64,000 bases of DNA from Verrucomicrobiota bacterium (GCA_049522015.1 JBEKOG010000028.1:323-64322), one strand, 5' to 3'; numbered from the stretch's first letter, positions 9,468 through 19,134 are shown. Program-made: numbers and translations. Notes: generated by a model not told the origin, from the sequence alone.

Positions 9468-10655
9468 ATGCGACGCCCTGAATTGGATCAAGTTCTGACG
9501 ACGATGCTGGCTTCACAGCGTGAGATTTCCGATCTTTTGTTCACGGTGGATCGCCCGCTGCAAGTCGAGGCTTACGGTGAACTCAAACCGGTGACGCTCG
9601 ACCCGCCCATCGAAAAGCTTACTCCGTTTCAAACCGAAACCATCGCGCTGAACATCATTGGCGACAATCTTTGGCAGATTGAAGACCTGTTGCGCCACGG
9701 GTCGTGCGATGCTTCCTACGCGCTTTCAGACAAGACCCGCTTCCGTGTCAACGTATTCGCGCAACGCGGAAATTATTCCATCGTCTGCCGCCAGCTTAAT
9801 GCGACCATCCCCACTTTGGATCAATTGAAGTTTCCGGAGATTTTCAAGGAAATTCCAAAGGAAAAAACCGGCCTGGTGCTGGTCACCGGGGCCACCGGTT
9901 CCGGCAAATCCACCACGCTGGCCGCCATTCTAAACGAAATCAACGGATCCAAACCCGTCCACATCGTCACTTTGGAAGACCCGGTTGAATATGTCCATAC
10001 GCACAAAGAGGCGACTTTCAACCAGCGTGAATTGGGCATTGATTTTGATTCTTACGTCAACGGTTTGCGCGCCGCGTTGCGCCAGGCGCCGAAGGTCATT
10101 CTCGTCGGCGAAATGCGCGATCAGGAAACGGTGAAGATCGCCTTGAGCGCGGCGGAAACCGGCCACCTGGTCCTCAGCACGCTGCACACAATCAATGCGG
10201 GCGAAACGATCAACCGCATTCTGGGCATGTTTGAGCCGGATGAGCAGGAACAAATCCGCGTGCGCCTGGCTGACTCGTTGCGCTGGGTGGTCAGCCAGCG
10301 GTTGGTGCCCAAAGTCGGCGGCGCGGCGCGATTTGCGCTGCTCGAACTCATGGGCTCGAATCTCCGCACCCAGGAAGCCATCCGGCTGGGTGAAAGCGAA
10401 GGTAAAACCTTTTATGAAATTATCGAGGCCAGTTATCCCTTCGGCTGGCGGACGTTCGACCATGCCTGCATGGAAGCTTTTGAACAAGGCACCATCTCGG
10501 AGGAAACCGCCCTGCTCTACTGCACCAAACGCAGCGTGATTTCCCGTGCCATTGACAACATCAAAAAATCGCGCGGCGAAATGACCACCACCGGTGGCTC
10601 CTTGCGCATGAAAACGGCTCCGGACGCCGCGCCGCCCGTCCTCAAAATCAAGTAA
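9468..10655 (+). CDS. Second PilT/PilU-family secretion ATPase
   Basis: Walker A GATGSGKST, GEMRD, GHLVLSTLHT. Starts 3 nt after the pilT stop. Confidence 0.88.
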   Translation: MRRPELDQVLTTMLASQREISDLLFTVDRPLQVEAYGELKPVTLDPPIEKLTPFQTETIALNIIGDNLWQIEDLLRHGSCDASYALSDKTRFRVNVFAQRGNYSIVCRQLNATIPTLDQLKFPEIFKEIPKEKTGLVLVTGATGSGKSTTLAAILNEINGSKPVHIVTLEDPVEYVHTHKEATFNQRELGIDFDSYVNGLRAALRQAPKVILVGEMRDQETVKIALSAAETGHLVLSTLHTINAGETINRILGMFEPDEQEQIRVRLADSLRWVVSQRLVPKVGGAARFALLELMGSNLRTQEAIRLGESEGKTFYEIIEASYPFGWRTFDHACMEAFEQGTISEETALLYCTKRSVISRAIDNIKKSRGEMTTTGGSLRMKTAPDAAPPVLKIK

Positions 10656-10657
10656 CC

Positions 10658-11131
10658 ATGAACGGCTCATTCGATTTCGTCAGTACTGAGGACAAACCGG
10701 CCTTGATCGCCTTTTCCACGCCCGAATGGCTGGAGACCGCGAAGACCGCGTTGCAGGAGCTTGGCTACAAAGTCCACACCGCCGCCACGCACAGCGATTT
10801 TCTCGTGCGCTTCGGCCAGGCGCATTATCAAGTTGTCGTCGTCGAGGAACTTTTTGGCGCGAACACCATTGACGAAAATCTCACGCTCAAGGCGCTGCAA
10901 ACCATGCCCGTCAACCAGCGCCGTCATGCCACGATCATTTTGTTCGGCGGCTCGTTCCAAACCTTCACGCCCATGGAAGCCTTCAAGTACAGCGTTCATG
11001 CCGTCATCAACAGTTCGGAAATGTTTTTGCTCAAGCAACTGGTTGAAAAGGCCGTGGCCGACAACGAACTGTTCCTGCACAGCTTTCGCGAAGTCCAAAC
11101 CCGCGTCTTTACCAGCGGCAATCGCTTGTAA
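10658..11131 (+). CDS. Hypothetical protein with a degenerate receiver-like (CheY-fold) pattern
   Basis: Alternating beta/alpha pattern (ALIAFS, YQVVVVEELF, TIILFGG, VHAVINS). The usual phospho-acceptor Asp position appears to be Glu. Starts 2 nt after the second ATPase gene. Confidence 0.55.
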   Translation: MNGSFDFVSTEDKPALIAFSTPEWLETAKTALQELGYKVHTAATHSDFLVRFGQAHYQVVVVEELFGANTIDENLTLKALQTMPVNQRRHATIILFGGSFQTFTPMEAFKYSVHAVINSSEMFLLKQLVEKAVADNELFLHSFREVQTRVFTSGNRL

Positions 11132-11270
11132 TGCTCCGTATTGACTCACGGATAAAGGTTGCCCGGAGCTGGAGCCAGTGACGGTTAACTTTTCTGAAAT
11201 TTTCTTTGTCTTACACGAAATGAAGGTTTAAAGTCGCTCCTGAATTTAGGAGAAACCGGGCTAAAATCTT

Positions 11271-14200
11271 ATGAAAAAGACGCAGGCGGTTTCAGCGGGG
11301 ATTGCGTTTGTTCTCGCAGTTGGTTTCATTTTACACGCCCAAACAACGACCATATCCATTCAATCATTACGGTCGGCGTCAGCCGGTGATTTGGGGGTGA
11401 TGTTGCAGGCGATGGAAGCCACGACCCCGTTGTCGGCGGAATCAGTTCCACAGGGCGCCACGTTCTGGTCCGCCCAAAATATCAATTTTTCTCCGCTACC
11501 ATCAAACATCAATAATCTGCCGGCATGGAATTTAGGTGGTGGTAACTGGCTTCTGGCGGACCAGGATTTCGACTATGCTGCCTTGGAACAGCAAAATACG
11601 ACCATGCACCTGCTGTCCAAGGCGGCGGACTTGGAAGTGGAAGGCGATGAAGAGGCCAGTTCCAGCAGTTATACGATTGACACTAATGGGCTGTATCTGG
11701 AGGTCGCGGGTGTCAGCAACGGTTCGGCTTGGTTCAATCTGCACAACGCCAGCAATCAGGTTTATGCCATCTGGAGCACGACCAATCTGCTGGCAAACTG
11801 GAATGTGGAAACGGAAATGTGGCCGACGAATCCGGCGATGCTGCCCTTCACGGTGCCGACGCTGGAGCGGCAGAATCTGTTTGTGCGGGCGGAGGACTGG
11901 ACGGACGTTGACAGCAATGGTGATGGCATCCCCGATTGGTGGATATGGATGTATTTCGGGACGCTGGATTTATCGGCCACCAATCTGGACAGTCAGGGCA
12001 ACACGCTCCTGCATGATTACCAGAATGGGCTTGACCCGAACATCATTCAATTTTCGTTGCAGTTCACGAACAATTATTTCAACACGAGCATGGCAAACGG
12101 CGCGATTACCCTTTTAGGCGGCGTGCCTTCTTATATTGCCGTACTGGTCAATGACCCGAATCTGGCCAACGCGAACTGGCAGTCTTACAGTTCAAATGTC
12201 GTTGTCTCGTTGAACGCCGGCGATGGCGCTTATGAAGTTTGGGTTGGTTTGAAAGGGCTGCCGCAGGATGCCTACCAAACATGGCACGGATTTCACCTGA
12301 TACTGGACACGGTGCCGCCAACCATCATTATCACCAATCCTGCTGCCGGGGTTGTTTCCCAGCCGATGATTCAAGTGCAGGGTTATGCCAATGAAGCATT
12401 AAGCAGCCTGACCTTCGATGTCAGCAACGCCGCGGGCCTTTGGACGAACCAAACCGGTTACATCACCAGCCGCTATTACGACCTCAACCTGCTGGAGTTC
12501 ACCACCAACTGGTTTCAGTGCTATGACATTGTTCTGACCAACGGATTAAACACCGTCACACTCCACACCACCGACTTGGCGGGCAATGTGACCAAGACCA
12601 ACGTCAACTTCACGCTGGATTATTCCAGCGACACAACGCCGCCAGTTTTGACGATGATCTGGCCGCAGGATGGGACGGCTATTGGCGGGAGCAGTTTCAC
12701 CTTGCAGGCGCAAGTGGATGACAATACAGCCACCGTCACGGCCCAGATCGTGGATGCCAACGGCGACACGAACATGGTTCAAGGCTTGGTGGAACGGAGC
12801 GGGCTGGTTTGGATTCAAAATCTGCCACTGGCAACCGGCACGAATACGCTGACCGTCACCGCCACGGATGCGGCGGGCAACACGTCCGTGACCAACCTCG
12901 CTTTGGTTCAAAGCACTGTGACCGTCAGCATGAACCTGCTTTCCAGTGACCAGCAAAATCAATGGCCCGTAACGGTGACTGGAATGGTGAGTGATCCGAG
13001 TTGCGCCGTCACGGTCAACGGCGTGCCGGCGCAAGTCAACTCCGATGGCACATGGGAGGCGGATGATGTGCTGGTGAGTCCCACTGGTGTGGCAAGTTTT
13101 GACGTGGAGGTTTATTCGGGCAACGCTTCCAGCCTGGCTGCTTCCCGAAAGTCAAATTCGTTGGTTCATGCCAACGATGCGGGAACTGATAATTCCATTG
13201 CCTCACAAATGCTGAACCAATTGCAACAGGCCACGGTGGTTGCGTCGGATTACAGCGGGGTTGGATATTACGTATGGACGACTAATGCGAATGACATGGG
13301 GCAGTCCAACGGTTATTTTCAGGATGAGACCTTGATTTGGGATTACGTGTCGGGCGGGACTTGGAACTATTCGGATAGTTTTGGTCCTGCGTCAGGGGTC
13401 ATGCCTTCGGTTGAAGATGGGATTCATAGCTATGGCTGGTTGTTCAGTCCAACCTTCGAATACGCCGCTTTGGATGACGCCAACTATCGGCGGATCGTTC
13501 AGACCAAAGTCATGATTGCTCGGCAAGGCATGGTGCCATTGGCAACGACGCAGACAACGCAGACATATCTTGTCTGCGCCTGCGCGGCGGGCTTTTCCCA
13601 GCCGATCCTGCCTGGCAGCAGGGAGGATTTTGTCAATCAAGATTATTTCTTTAACTTCATTAACGTAGGCATTTGGAATCAGCAATGGTATGCCGGTGAT
13701 GTGCCGTTGCCGCCGGAATGGTTCCAAATCAATGGCCAGACTTTGGTCAACACCGGCCAAACCAATGCCGACGGTTCGGTTTGGGGAATGACGTCGGTGC
13801 AAGGTCCGGCCGGTGCGGCTGTGGATGTGACACCCACCCTCATTTCCAGTATTTCATCGACGGGCATGGATTACACCTTTCTGGTGAAAGCGAGTAAACT
13901 TTATCCGCCGGCGGTGGACGCCAATCGAGATGGCAACATCACCTTTGATACTGCTGGCCAAGCAAACCCCGACCAGACCAGCGCCGCCAAGCCGTATCGG
14001 TTCTGGGTCAACAATGACCATGATGGTTATGACGGTTCCATTGACGATTACGACGATTTGGACCCGTCCAGGCAAACGGATGCGCAAAGTTTCTCAATTA
14101 CCTGCACCAGGGATTTGGAGGATTACACGCGGCTTTGGATCAATACGCAGGGACTCACCGAAGACTTGCAAAATGGCAATCTGCTGCTGGCGCTGGAATG

Positions 14201-15542
14201 GAAGAGCGCGCTGGAATGGAAGAGCGCGCTGGACGACCCGCAAATGCAATTATTTCAAGCAGCGGAAACCGATGGCGGTTCGCTTTACCTGACTGACGCG
14301 AATGCAGCCGCGCAACAGGTGGCTTCACCTTACGGGACGCGCATCATTGAGTGGCGGCACTTGAATACGCTGACCAAATACAATCCGTTCATTTTCCCGG
14401 CGAGTTTTTGGTCGAACATCTCCACCAACCAGCCGGTGGCGTATCTGCTGTTCGATGCCGTGAGCCGGGGCAGCGGGAAGCTGGTGGTTTCGATTTACAA
14501 GAACGACGGGGAAACCAAACTTGCGGAAAGCCAGCCACTTTATTTGAAATTGCAGGACGTAAAGGAAATGTATGAACGCTGGACGGTGGATAACAATGGT
14601 GCCGTAGCCACAACAGCCAGTCTTGCGCCGGGATATTCCTACGACTCGACGATTAAAGCGGAGAATAACTACATTCTGTTTGTGCATGGCTGGAATCTGG
14701 CACCGTGGGAGCGCGATGCGTTTGCGGAAACCGCATTCAAGCACCTCTACTGGCAGGGCTACAAAGGGCACTTCGGCGCGTTCCAATGGCCGACAGAATA
14801 TGGATTCTCAGGAATCATCAGTGTCATTACCGATGCGCACAACTACGACAACAGCGAGTCCAACGCGTGGGCGTCTGCAGCGGGACTGCTTGGCAAATTG
14901 AACGATTTGAACGCCGCATTTCCCAATCACATCTATCTAATGGCCCACAGCATGGGCAACGTGGTTGCCGGTGAAGCATTAAAGCAGGCAGGTACAAACC
15001 TTCCAATAGTGAATACTTACGTCGCGATGCAAGCAGCAGTGCCGGCGCATTGTTACGACCCAGCAACTCCCAATCGTGTGGCCCCTATTTTACCGAATTG
15101 TTACGCGAATTATTGGACGAACGGCGCGCCCGGTTATTTCAACGGCACAGCAGGGGCGAGAAATTACATCAATTTTTACAACCAGCAGGATTGGGCATTG
15201 GGCTGGTGGAACACCGACCAAAATTATAAGCCGGATACTGGTTATGGATATGACGAGCCGACAGACACGTTTCTGCGCGGAACACTTTGGTTAAGGCCGC
15301 TTTATTTCCCGACCAACAGGTATGAAATTTTTGCCTATGCTGATCCCGCGCCATGTTTCGCGCTCGGGGCGCAGGCAAATGTGGACGGAGCGTTTCAAGG
15401 TCAACAGATAGATTTACATGCAATATTCAGCTTCGGCGACCAGCACAAAGATCATAGTGGCGAATTTAATTCGGATAACATGAATAGATGGTCTTTCTGG
15501 CAACAATTTCTCTTATCAACAAAACTGACAGGACCCAAATGA
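11271..15542 (+). CDS. Giant secreted multidomain protein: signal peptide, Ig-like repeats, acidic D-rich module, C-terminal alpha/beta-hydrolase (lipase/esterase-like, DUF900-like)
   Basis: Signal peptide MKKTQAVSAGIAFVLAVGFILHAQ. Repeated DTVPPTI/DTTPPVL Ig-like domain starts. DSNGDGIPDWW and DANRDGNITFD...NNDHDGYDGSIDDYDDLD acidic motifs. Hydrolase core FVHGWN...YLMAHSMGNVVAGE (GxSxG) with later D (NQQDWAL) and H (HKDHSGEF) candidates. Confidence 0.85.
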   Translation: MKKTQAVSAGIAFVLAVGFILHAQTTTISIQSLRSASAGDLGVMLQAMEATTPLSAESVPQGATFWSAQNINFSPLPSNINNLPAWNLGGGNWLLADQDFDYAALEQQNTTMHLLSKAADLEVEGDEEASSSSYTIDTNGLYLEVAGVSNGSAWFNLHNASNQVYAIWSTTNLLANWNVETEMWPTNPAMLPFTVPTLERQNLFVRAEDWTDVDSNGDGIPDWWIWMYFGTLDLSATNLDSQGNTLLHDYQNGLDPNIIQFSLQFTNNYFNTSMANGAITLLGGVPSYIAVLVNDPNLANANWQSYSSNVVVSLNAGDGAYEVWVGLKGLPQDAYQTWHGFHLILDTVPPTIIITNPAAGVVSQPMIQVQGYANEALSSLTFDVSNAAGLWTNQTGYITSRYYDLNLLEFTTNWFQCYDIVLTNGLNTVTLHTTDLAGNVTKTNVNFTLDYSSDTTPPVLTMIWPQDGTAIGGSSFTLQAQVDDNTATVTAQIVDANGDTNMVQGLVERSGLVWIQNLPLATGTNTLTVTATDAAGNTSVTNLALVQSTVTVSMNLLSSDQQNQWPVTVTGMVSDPSCAVTVNGVPAQVNSDGTWEADDVLVSPTGVASFDVEVYSGNASSLAASRKSNSLVHANDAGTDNSIASQMLNQLQQATVVASDYSGVGYYVWTTNANDMGQSNGYFQDETLIWDYVSGGTWNYSDSFGPASGVMPSVEDGIHSYGWLFSPTFEYAALDDANYRRIVQTKVMIARQGMVPLATTQTTQTYLVCACAAGFSQPILPGSREDFVNQDYFFNFINVGIWNQQWYAGDVPLPPEWFQINGQTLVNTGQTNADGSVWGMTSVQGPAGAAVDVTPTLISSISSTGMDYTFLVKASKLYPPAVDANRDGNITFDTAGQANPDQTSAAKPYRFWVNNDHDGYDGSIDDYDDLDPSRQTDAQSFSITCTRDLEDYTRLWINTQGLTEDLQNGNLLLALEWKSALEWKSALDDPQMQLFQAAETDGGSLYLTDANAAAQQVASPYGTRIIEWRHLNTLTKYNPFIFPASFWSNISTNQPVAYLLFDAVSRGSGKLVVSIYKNDGETKLAESQPLYLKLQDVKEMYERWTVDNNGAVATTASLAPGYSYDSTIKAENNYILFVHGWNLAPWERDAFAETAFKHLYWQGYKGHFGAFQWPTEYGFSGIISVITDAHNYDNSESNAWASAAGLLGKLNDLNAAFPNHIYLMAHSMGNVVAGEALKQAGTNLPIVNTYVAMQAAVPAHCYDPATPNRVAPILPNCYANYWTNGAPGYFNGTAGARNYINFYNQQDWALGWWNTDQNYKPDTGYGYDEPTDTFLRGTLWLRPLYFPTNRYEIFAYADPAPCFALGAQANVDGAFQGQQIDLHAIFSFGDQHKDHSGEFNSDNMNRWSFWQQFLLSTKLTGPK
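14190..14233 (+). repeat. Perfect 18-bp tandem duplication (2.4 units) inside the giant gene
   Basis: gcgctggaatggaagagc at 14190-14207 is repeated at 14208-14225, then partially to 14233. This gives LALEWKSALEWKSALDD. Confidence 0.95.
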
Positions 15543-16594
15543 AAAAGAATTTGGTTTGGCTAATTTTATTATTCATGGTGGTAGTAATTGTGGTGCTTGT
15601 GTTCTACAAATCCAGCAAGCTCCCTCTCCCCGCATCAGAAGCAAGATTGCCTTTTCAAGAAAAACCTGTTTCGACAAATTACTCGTTACCAAACCAGCAG
15701 ACACAACCCCGGCCATTTACGTCTAATCAAGTAGTCCAACAAGCCAATCAGACTGCGGCTTCAAGAACTGAATTTCTTAAACGTGAATTGGAATCAAAAA
15801 ATGTTCCCGTTAGTTTTTATGGCCGGGTGGTAGATCAAGAAGGGAATGGGATAGCTGGCGTCAAAATTTTAATGCACGTTCGGCAGTGGCATCTTGATAC
15901 CACGGTAGACCGTTGGGGAAACAAATTCCCGAAATTTGAACGTGTCACTGATTTAAGCGGGAACTTTTCCCTTGAGGATACGACCGGGGATAGTTTGAGT
16001 ATAGAATCAGTATCTAAAGAAGGCTATCGTCTTTCACCAAAAGCCCCGAATATATTTGGCTACGGTTCTGGGAATGTGCCCGCCCCATTTCATCCCGACC
16101 CACAAAATCCGGTCATCATTCAGATGTGGAAACTCGGTGAACCGGCGAATTTGATTTCTCACAGGACTCTCTTTGGCTTTGAACCAGACGGTCGCATTTA
16201 TACGCTCGATTTGATAGCCGACCAGAAGATTGCGAGCGGGAATGTCAACGGCGACTTGCGCGTCCAATTTCAACGTCAATCTATACTCAAGCCAAAGGAA
16301 AAATATCCTTGGGCATTAGAAATTTCTGCCGTTGATGGCGGGCTAGCGGAAACAACTGATGAATTTGAATACGTTGCGCCGGAAAACGGCTATCAGCCGA
16401 AAATTTCGTTTCAAACGAATTCCATTTCCCCCAAAGCCATGCCTGACATAACAAGAGACTACTATTTCACTTCAAGGAACGGCCAGGTTTATGGCGTGGT
16501 ATCCATGCAATTTTTTTCGGACTATAATGGTCAAAGCGCGATCCTTGTTAATTCTCGTGTAAATCCAAATGGCTCACGAAATTTACAACCTTGA
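15539..16594 (+). CDS. N-terminally membrane-anchored protein with a carboxypeptidase-regulatory-like beta-sandwich segment; translationally coupled to the hydrolase gene
   Basis: ATG at 15539 overlaps the upstream TGA (ATGA). MKKNLVWLILLFMVVVIVVLVFY is a TM anchor. FYGRVVDQEGNGIAGVKILMHV resembles CarboxypepD_reg-type domains. Visibly A/T-richer codon usage. Confidence 0.75.
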   Translation: MKKNLVWLILLFMVVVIVVLVFYKSSKLPLPASEARLPFQEKPVSTNYSLPNQQTQPRPFTSNQVVQQANQTAASRTEFLKRELESKNVPVSFYGRVVDQEGNGIAGVKILMHVRQWHLDTTVDRWGNKFPKFERVTDLSGNFSLEDTTGDSLSIESVSKEGYRLSPKAPNIFGYGSGNVPAPFHPDPQNPVIIQMWKLGEPANLISHRTLFGFEPDGRIYTLDLIADQKIASGNVNGDLRVQFQRQSILKPKEKYPWALEISAVDGGLAETTDEFEYVAPENGYQPKISFQTNSISPKAMPDITRDYYFTSRNGQVYGVVSMQFFSDYNGQSAILVNSRVNPNGSRNLQP

Positions 16595-16889
16595 ACCAAC
16601 CGGCTTGTTTTCACACGGAACCCTTATTTTAACGCTGCTCTATTTTTCGACCAACACGTACGAGATTTTTGCCTATGCTGATCCCGCGCCATGTTTCGCG
16701 CTCGGCGCACAGGCGAATGTGGGCGGAGCGTTTTTAAAAGCTGGAGTTTCTCAACAAACCGATTTGCATGCCGCGTTCGGATTCGGCAACCAGCACAAAG
16801 ACCACAGCGGTGAATTCAACTCTGACAACATGAGTCGCTGGCAATTTTGGGATTCGCTATTATTCACGGATTTCGGATTTACGAGATAA
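16569..16889 (+). pseudogene. Orphan duplicate of the C-terminal ~95 aa of the 11271..15542 hydrolase (includes the candidate catalytic His region)
   Basis: Homology to 15252-15542 begins about 16590, just at the stop of the preceding gene. A 41-nt block is identical (15327-15367 = 16665-16705). The peptide YEIFAYADPAPCFALGAQANV...HKDHSGEFNSDNM is shared and the last ~12 aa diverge. Confidence 0.75.
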
Positions 16890-16894
16890 ACACA

Positions 16895-17068
16895 ATGAAA
16901 ACAAAATTCTGGATATTAATTTCGGTTTTGGCATTAGCGATAATAGCAGCCGCGCTTTGGCGGCGACCCAGACACACGATTGTTCCAACACCGTCACAAA
17001 CAACAATCCGATTCAGCAATGCGTCTGATAATGTCTCACACGTGAAAGGGTCAGTCCTAGAAAAATGA
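16895..17068 (+). CDS. Small single-pass membrane protein (57 aa) following the orphan fragment
   Basis: MKTKFWILISVLALAIIAAALWRRP is a TM anchor. It sits in the same position relative to the orphan C-terminus as 15539..16594 does relative to the full gene. The ATG lies 5 nt after the orphan stop. Confidence 0.5.
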   Translation: MKTKFWILISVLALAIIAAALWRRPRHTIVPTPSQTTIRFSNASDNVSHVKGSVLEK

Positions 17069-17522
17069 CAAAATGTGGCAACCAATAGCAGGGCAAATGC
17101 CACCTATTTAAAAACGGTACCGAAGCAGCTTCACGTTACCTCACGGCCTGCAACTATAAGGGCAGGACAGCTTTCACTTATCATTCCGAACGCTTCAACA
17201 CACGGGCCACCCACATCCAGCGCTGTCCCGGCCAACCACAAGGCAGCTTCGACGAGCATCGCTCAAAGCAACTCTGCGAAACACAGGCTCGCCCATACCG
17301 AAATGCGATGGATGCAGGTTAGACCACGATTCGCGACAGCGAAGAATTCAATTTGGGGCACCCATCTTGTGGCGGGCTTGGGAAGCCAAACGCGACCGCA
17401 TCCGGCTCTGTGGATTTTAGGATTGGCAGGCTTTGAATTTTCTGTCAATCAATCCGCCGTCGCCTTGCTTTGCCGGATTGCCGGCCAATGCGTGTACAAA
17501 GAGAGATTGAATTCATTTCGAC

Positions 17523-18266
17523 ATGACTCGCCTCGACCAGGCACTGGTTGAACGCGGCCTTTGCGAAAGCCGCGAACGCGCCAAACGCGCCATTCTTGCC
17601 GGCCAGGTCCGCATCAATGCCCAGTCCGCGCACAAGCCCAGTGACTCCGTCAAACCCGATGACCGGCTCACTCTGGATGCGGAAGAGAAATTCGTCAGCC
17701 GCGGCGGCCACAAACTGGAACACGCCCTGCGCCATTTTCAACTGGATGTCGCCGGACTCGTGGCGCTCGACCTGGGCGCGTCCACCGGCGGATTCACCGA
17801 TTGTTTGTTGCAACACGGCGCGGCGAAAGTTTTTGCCGTGGACGTTGGCCGGGGGCAATTCGCCTGGAAGCTCCGGCACGACCCCCGCGTCGTCGTCATG
17901 GAGAAGACCAACGCGCGCCATCTGACCGCGGCGCAATTCCCACCGCCATTCACCCCGGCCGATCTGGCCGTGATTGACTGCTCGTTTATTTCGTTGCGAA
18001 ATATTCTGCCCGCCGCCATTGCATTATTGCGGCCCAATGGCAAAATTGTCGCGCTCATCAAACCGCAGTTTGAAGCCGGCAAAGCCGAAGCCGACAAGGG
18101 TCGCGGCGTCATCAGCGACCCGTCGGTGCATGAGCGCGTGCTCAATGAGCTGCGGGAATTCGTCCGCGCGCAACCCGGGTTGCGCTGGCAGGGCGTGGTG
18201 GAATCACCGTTGCTCGGACCGGCGGGCAACAAGGAATTTTTGGCGCTGATTGAAAAAACAAGCTGA
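17523..18266 (+). CDS. tlyA: TlyA-family rRNA (cytidine-2'-O)-methyltransferase
   Basis: S4-like N-terminus (RLDQALVERGL..SRERAKRAI), FVSRGGHKL, and the SAM motif LDLGASTGGFTDCLLQHGA. Confidence 0.92.
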   Translation: MTRLDQALVERGLCESRERAKRAILAGQVRINAQSAHKPSDSVKPDDRLTLDAEEKFVSRGGHKLEHALRHFQLDVAGLVALDLGASTGGFTDCLLQHGAAKVFAVDVGRGQFAWKLRHDPRVVVMEKTNARHLTAAQFPPPFTPADLAVIDCSFISLRNILPAAIALLRPNGKIVALIKPQFEAGKAEADKGRGVISDPSVHERVLNELREFVRAQPGLRWQGVVESPLLGPAGNKEFLALIEKTS

Positions 18267-19134
18267 CAAAATCAAACGCGTCGGTCTCATCGGCAATTTC
18301 GATAAAGCCGCCTGTGCCGACAGCGTTCGCAAGGCCGCGCGACTTATTCAACGTGCCGGACGAAAGGTGTTGTGCGACGCCGGGACCGCCCGGCTGGCCG
18401 GATTGAAAAATTCCGTGTGCGGCGACGCCGCTGCGCTGGCGCGCGAAGTGGACCTGCTGCTGGTGTTTGGCGGCGACGGTACGATGCTGCACGTCGCCCG
18501 CGAAATCGCTGGCTCGTCCACGCCGATGCTCGGGGTCAATATCGGCGGCCTTGGCTTTCTCACCGCCGTGCCGTCGGATGAAATGACCCGCGCTCTGGCG
18601 CGCGTCTGGCGCGGTGAATTCAAATACGAATCCCGCGTTTTGATCGAAGTCGGCGGCCGCTGCCAGGGACGGCGGATTCATGAAACCGCGCTCAATGACA
18701 TTGTGGTCAGCCGCGGCGGGATTTCACGACTCATCAAACTTGACGTAAGCGTGGATGGCGAACTGGTCGCACGCTACCACGGTGATGGATTAATCATCAG
18801 TTCGCCCACGGGTTCAACGGCGTATTCGCTGGCGGCGGGCGGCGCCATTGTTTTGCCCACCGCCGAAGTGTTTGCCCTCACACCGGTTTGTCCGCACACG
18901 CTGTCAAATCGTCCGCTCATTTTACCGCTGGCTTCCACCATTCGCGTCAAGGCCATCAGTTCGCCACCAGCAACGATTTTGAGCGCGGACGGACAGTTCG
19001 TCGCCGAGCTTGGCGCAGGCGATGAGGTGACGATTCGACGCAGCCGGGGCACGGTCCGGCTGATGCATCTGGCGGACAGTTCGTTTTGGGAGGCGTTGCG
19101 CCGCAAACTGCAGTGGCGCGGAGCCTATTTGTGA
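18250..19134 (+). CDS. nadK: NAD(+) kinase
   Basis: GGDGT motif (LLLVFGGDGTMLH), NDIVV, GDGLIISSPTGSTAYSLAAGG. TTG start at 18250 overlaps the tlyA end. Confidence 0.9.
   Translation: MKKQADKIKRVGLIGNFDKAACADSVRKAARLIQRAGRKVLCDAGTARLAGLKNSVCGDAAALAREVDLLLVFGGDGTMLHVAREIAGSSTPMLGVNIGGLGFLTAVPSDEMTRALARVWRGEFKYESRVLIEVGGRCQGRRIHETALNDIVVSRGGISRLIKLDVSVDGELVARYHGDGLIISSPTGSTAYSLAAGGAIVLPTAEVFALTPVCPHTLSNRPLILPLASTIRVKAISSPPATILSADGQFVAELGAGDEVTIRRSRGTVRLMHLADSSFWEALRRKLQWRGAYL

Noticed and set aside
17075-17551. 158-aa ORF as a confident CDS.
   Set aside because: It has no recognisable motif, a low-complexity S/T/A/P-rich N-terminal half, no GC3 bias, and it overlaps the tlyA start. I keep it only as an open question in the findings.
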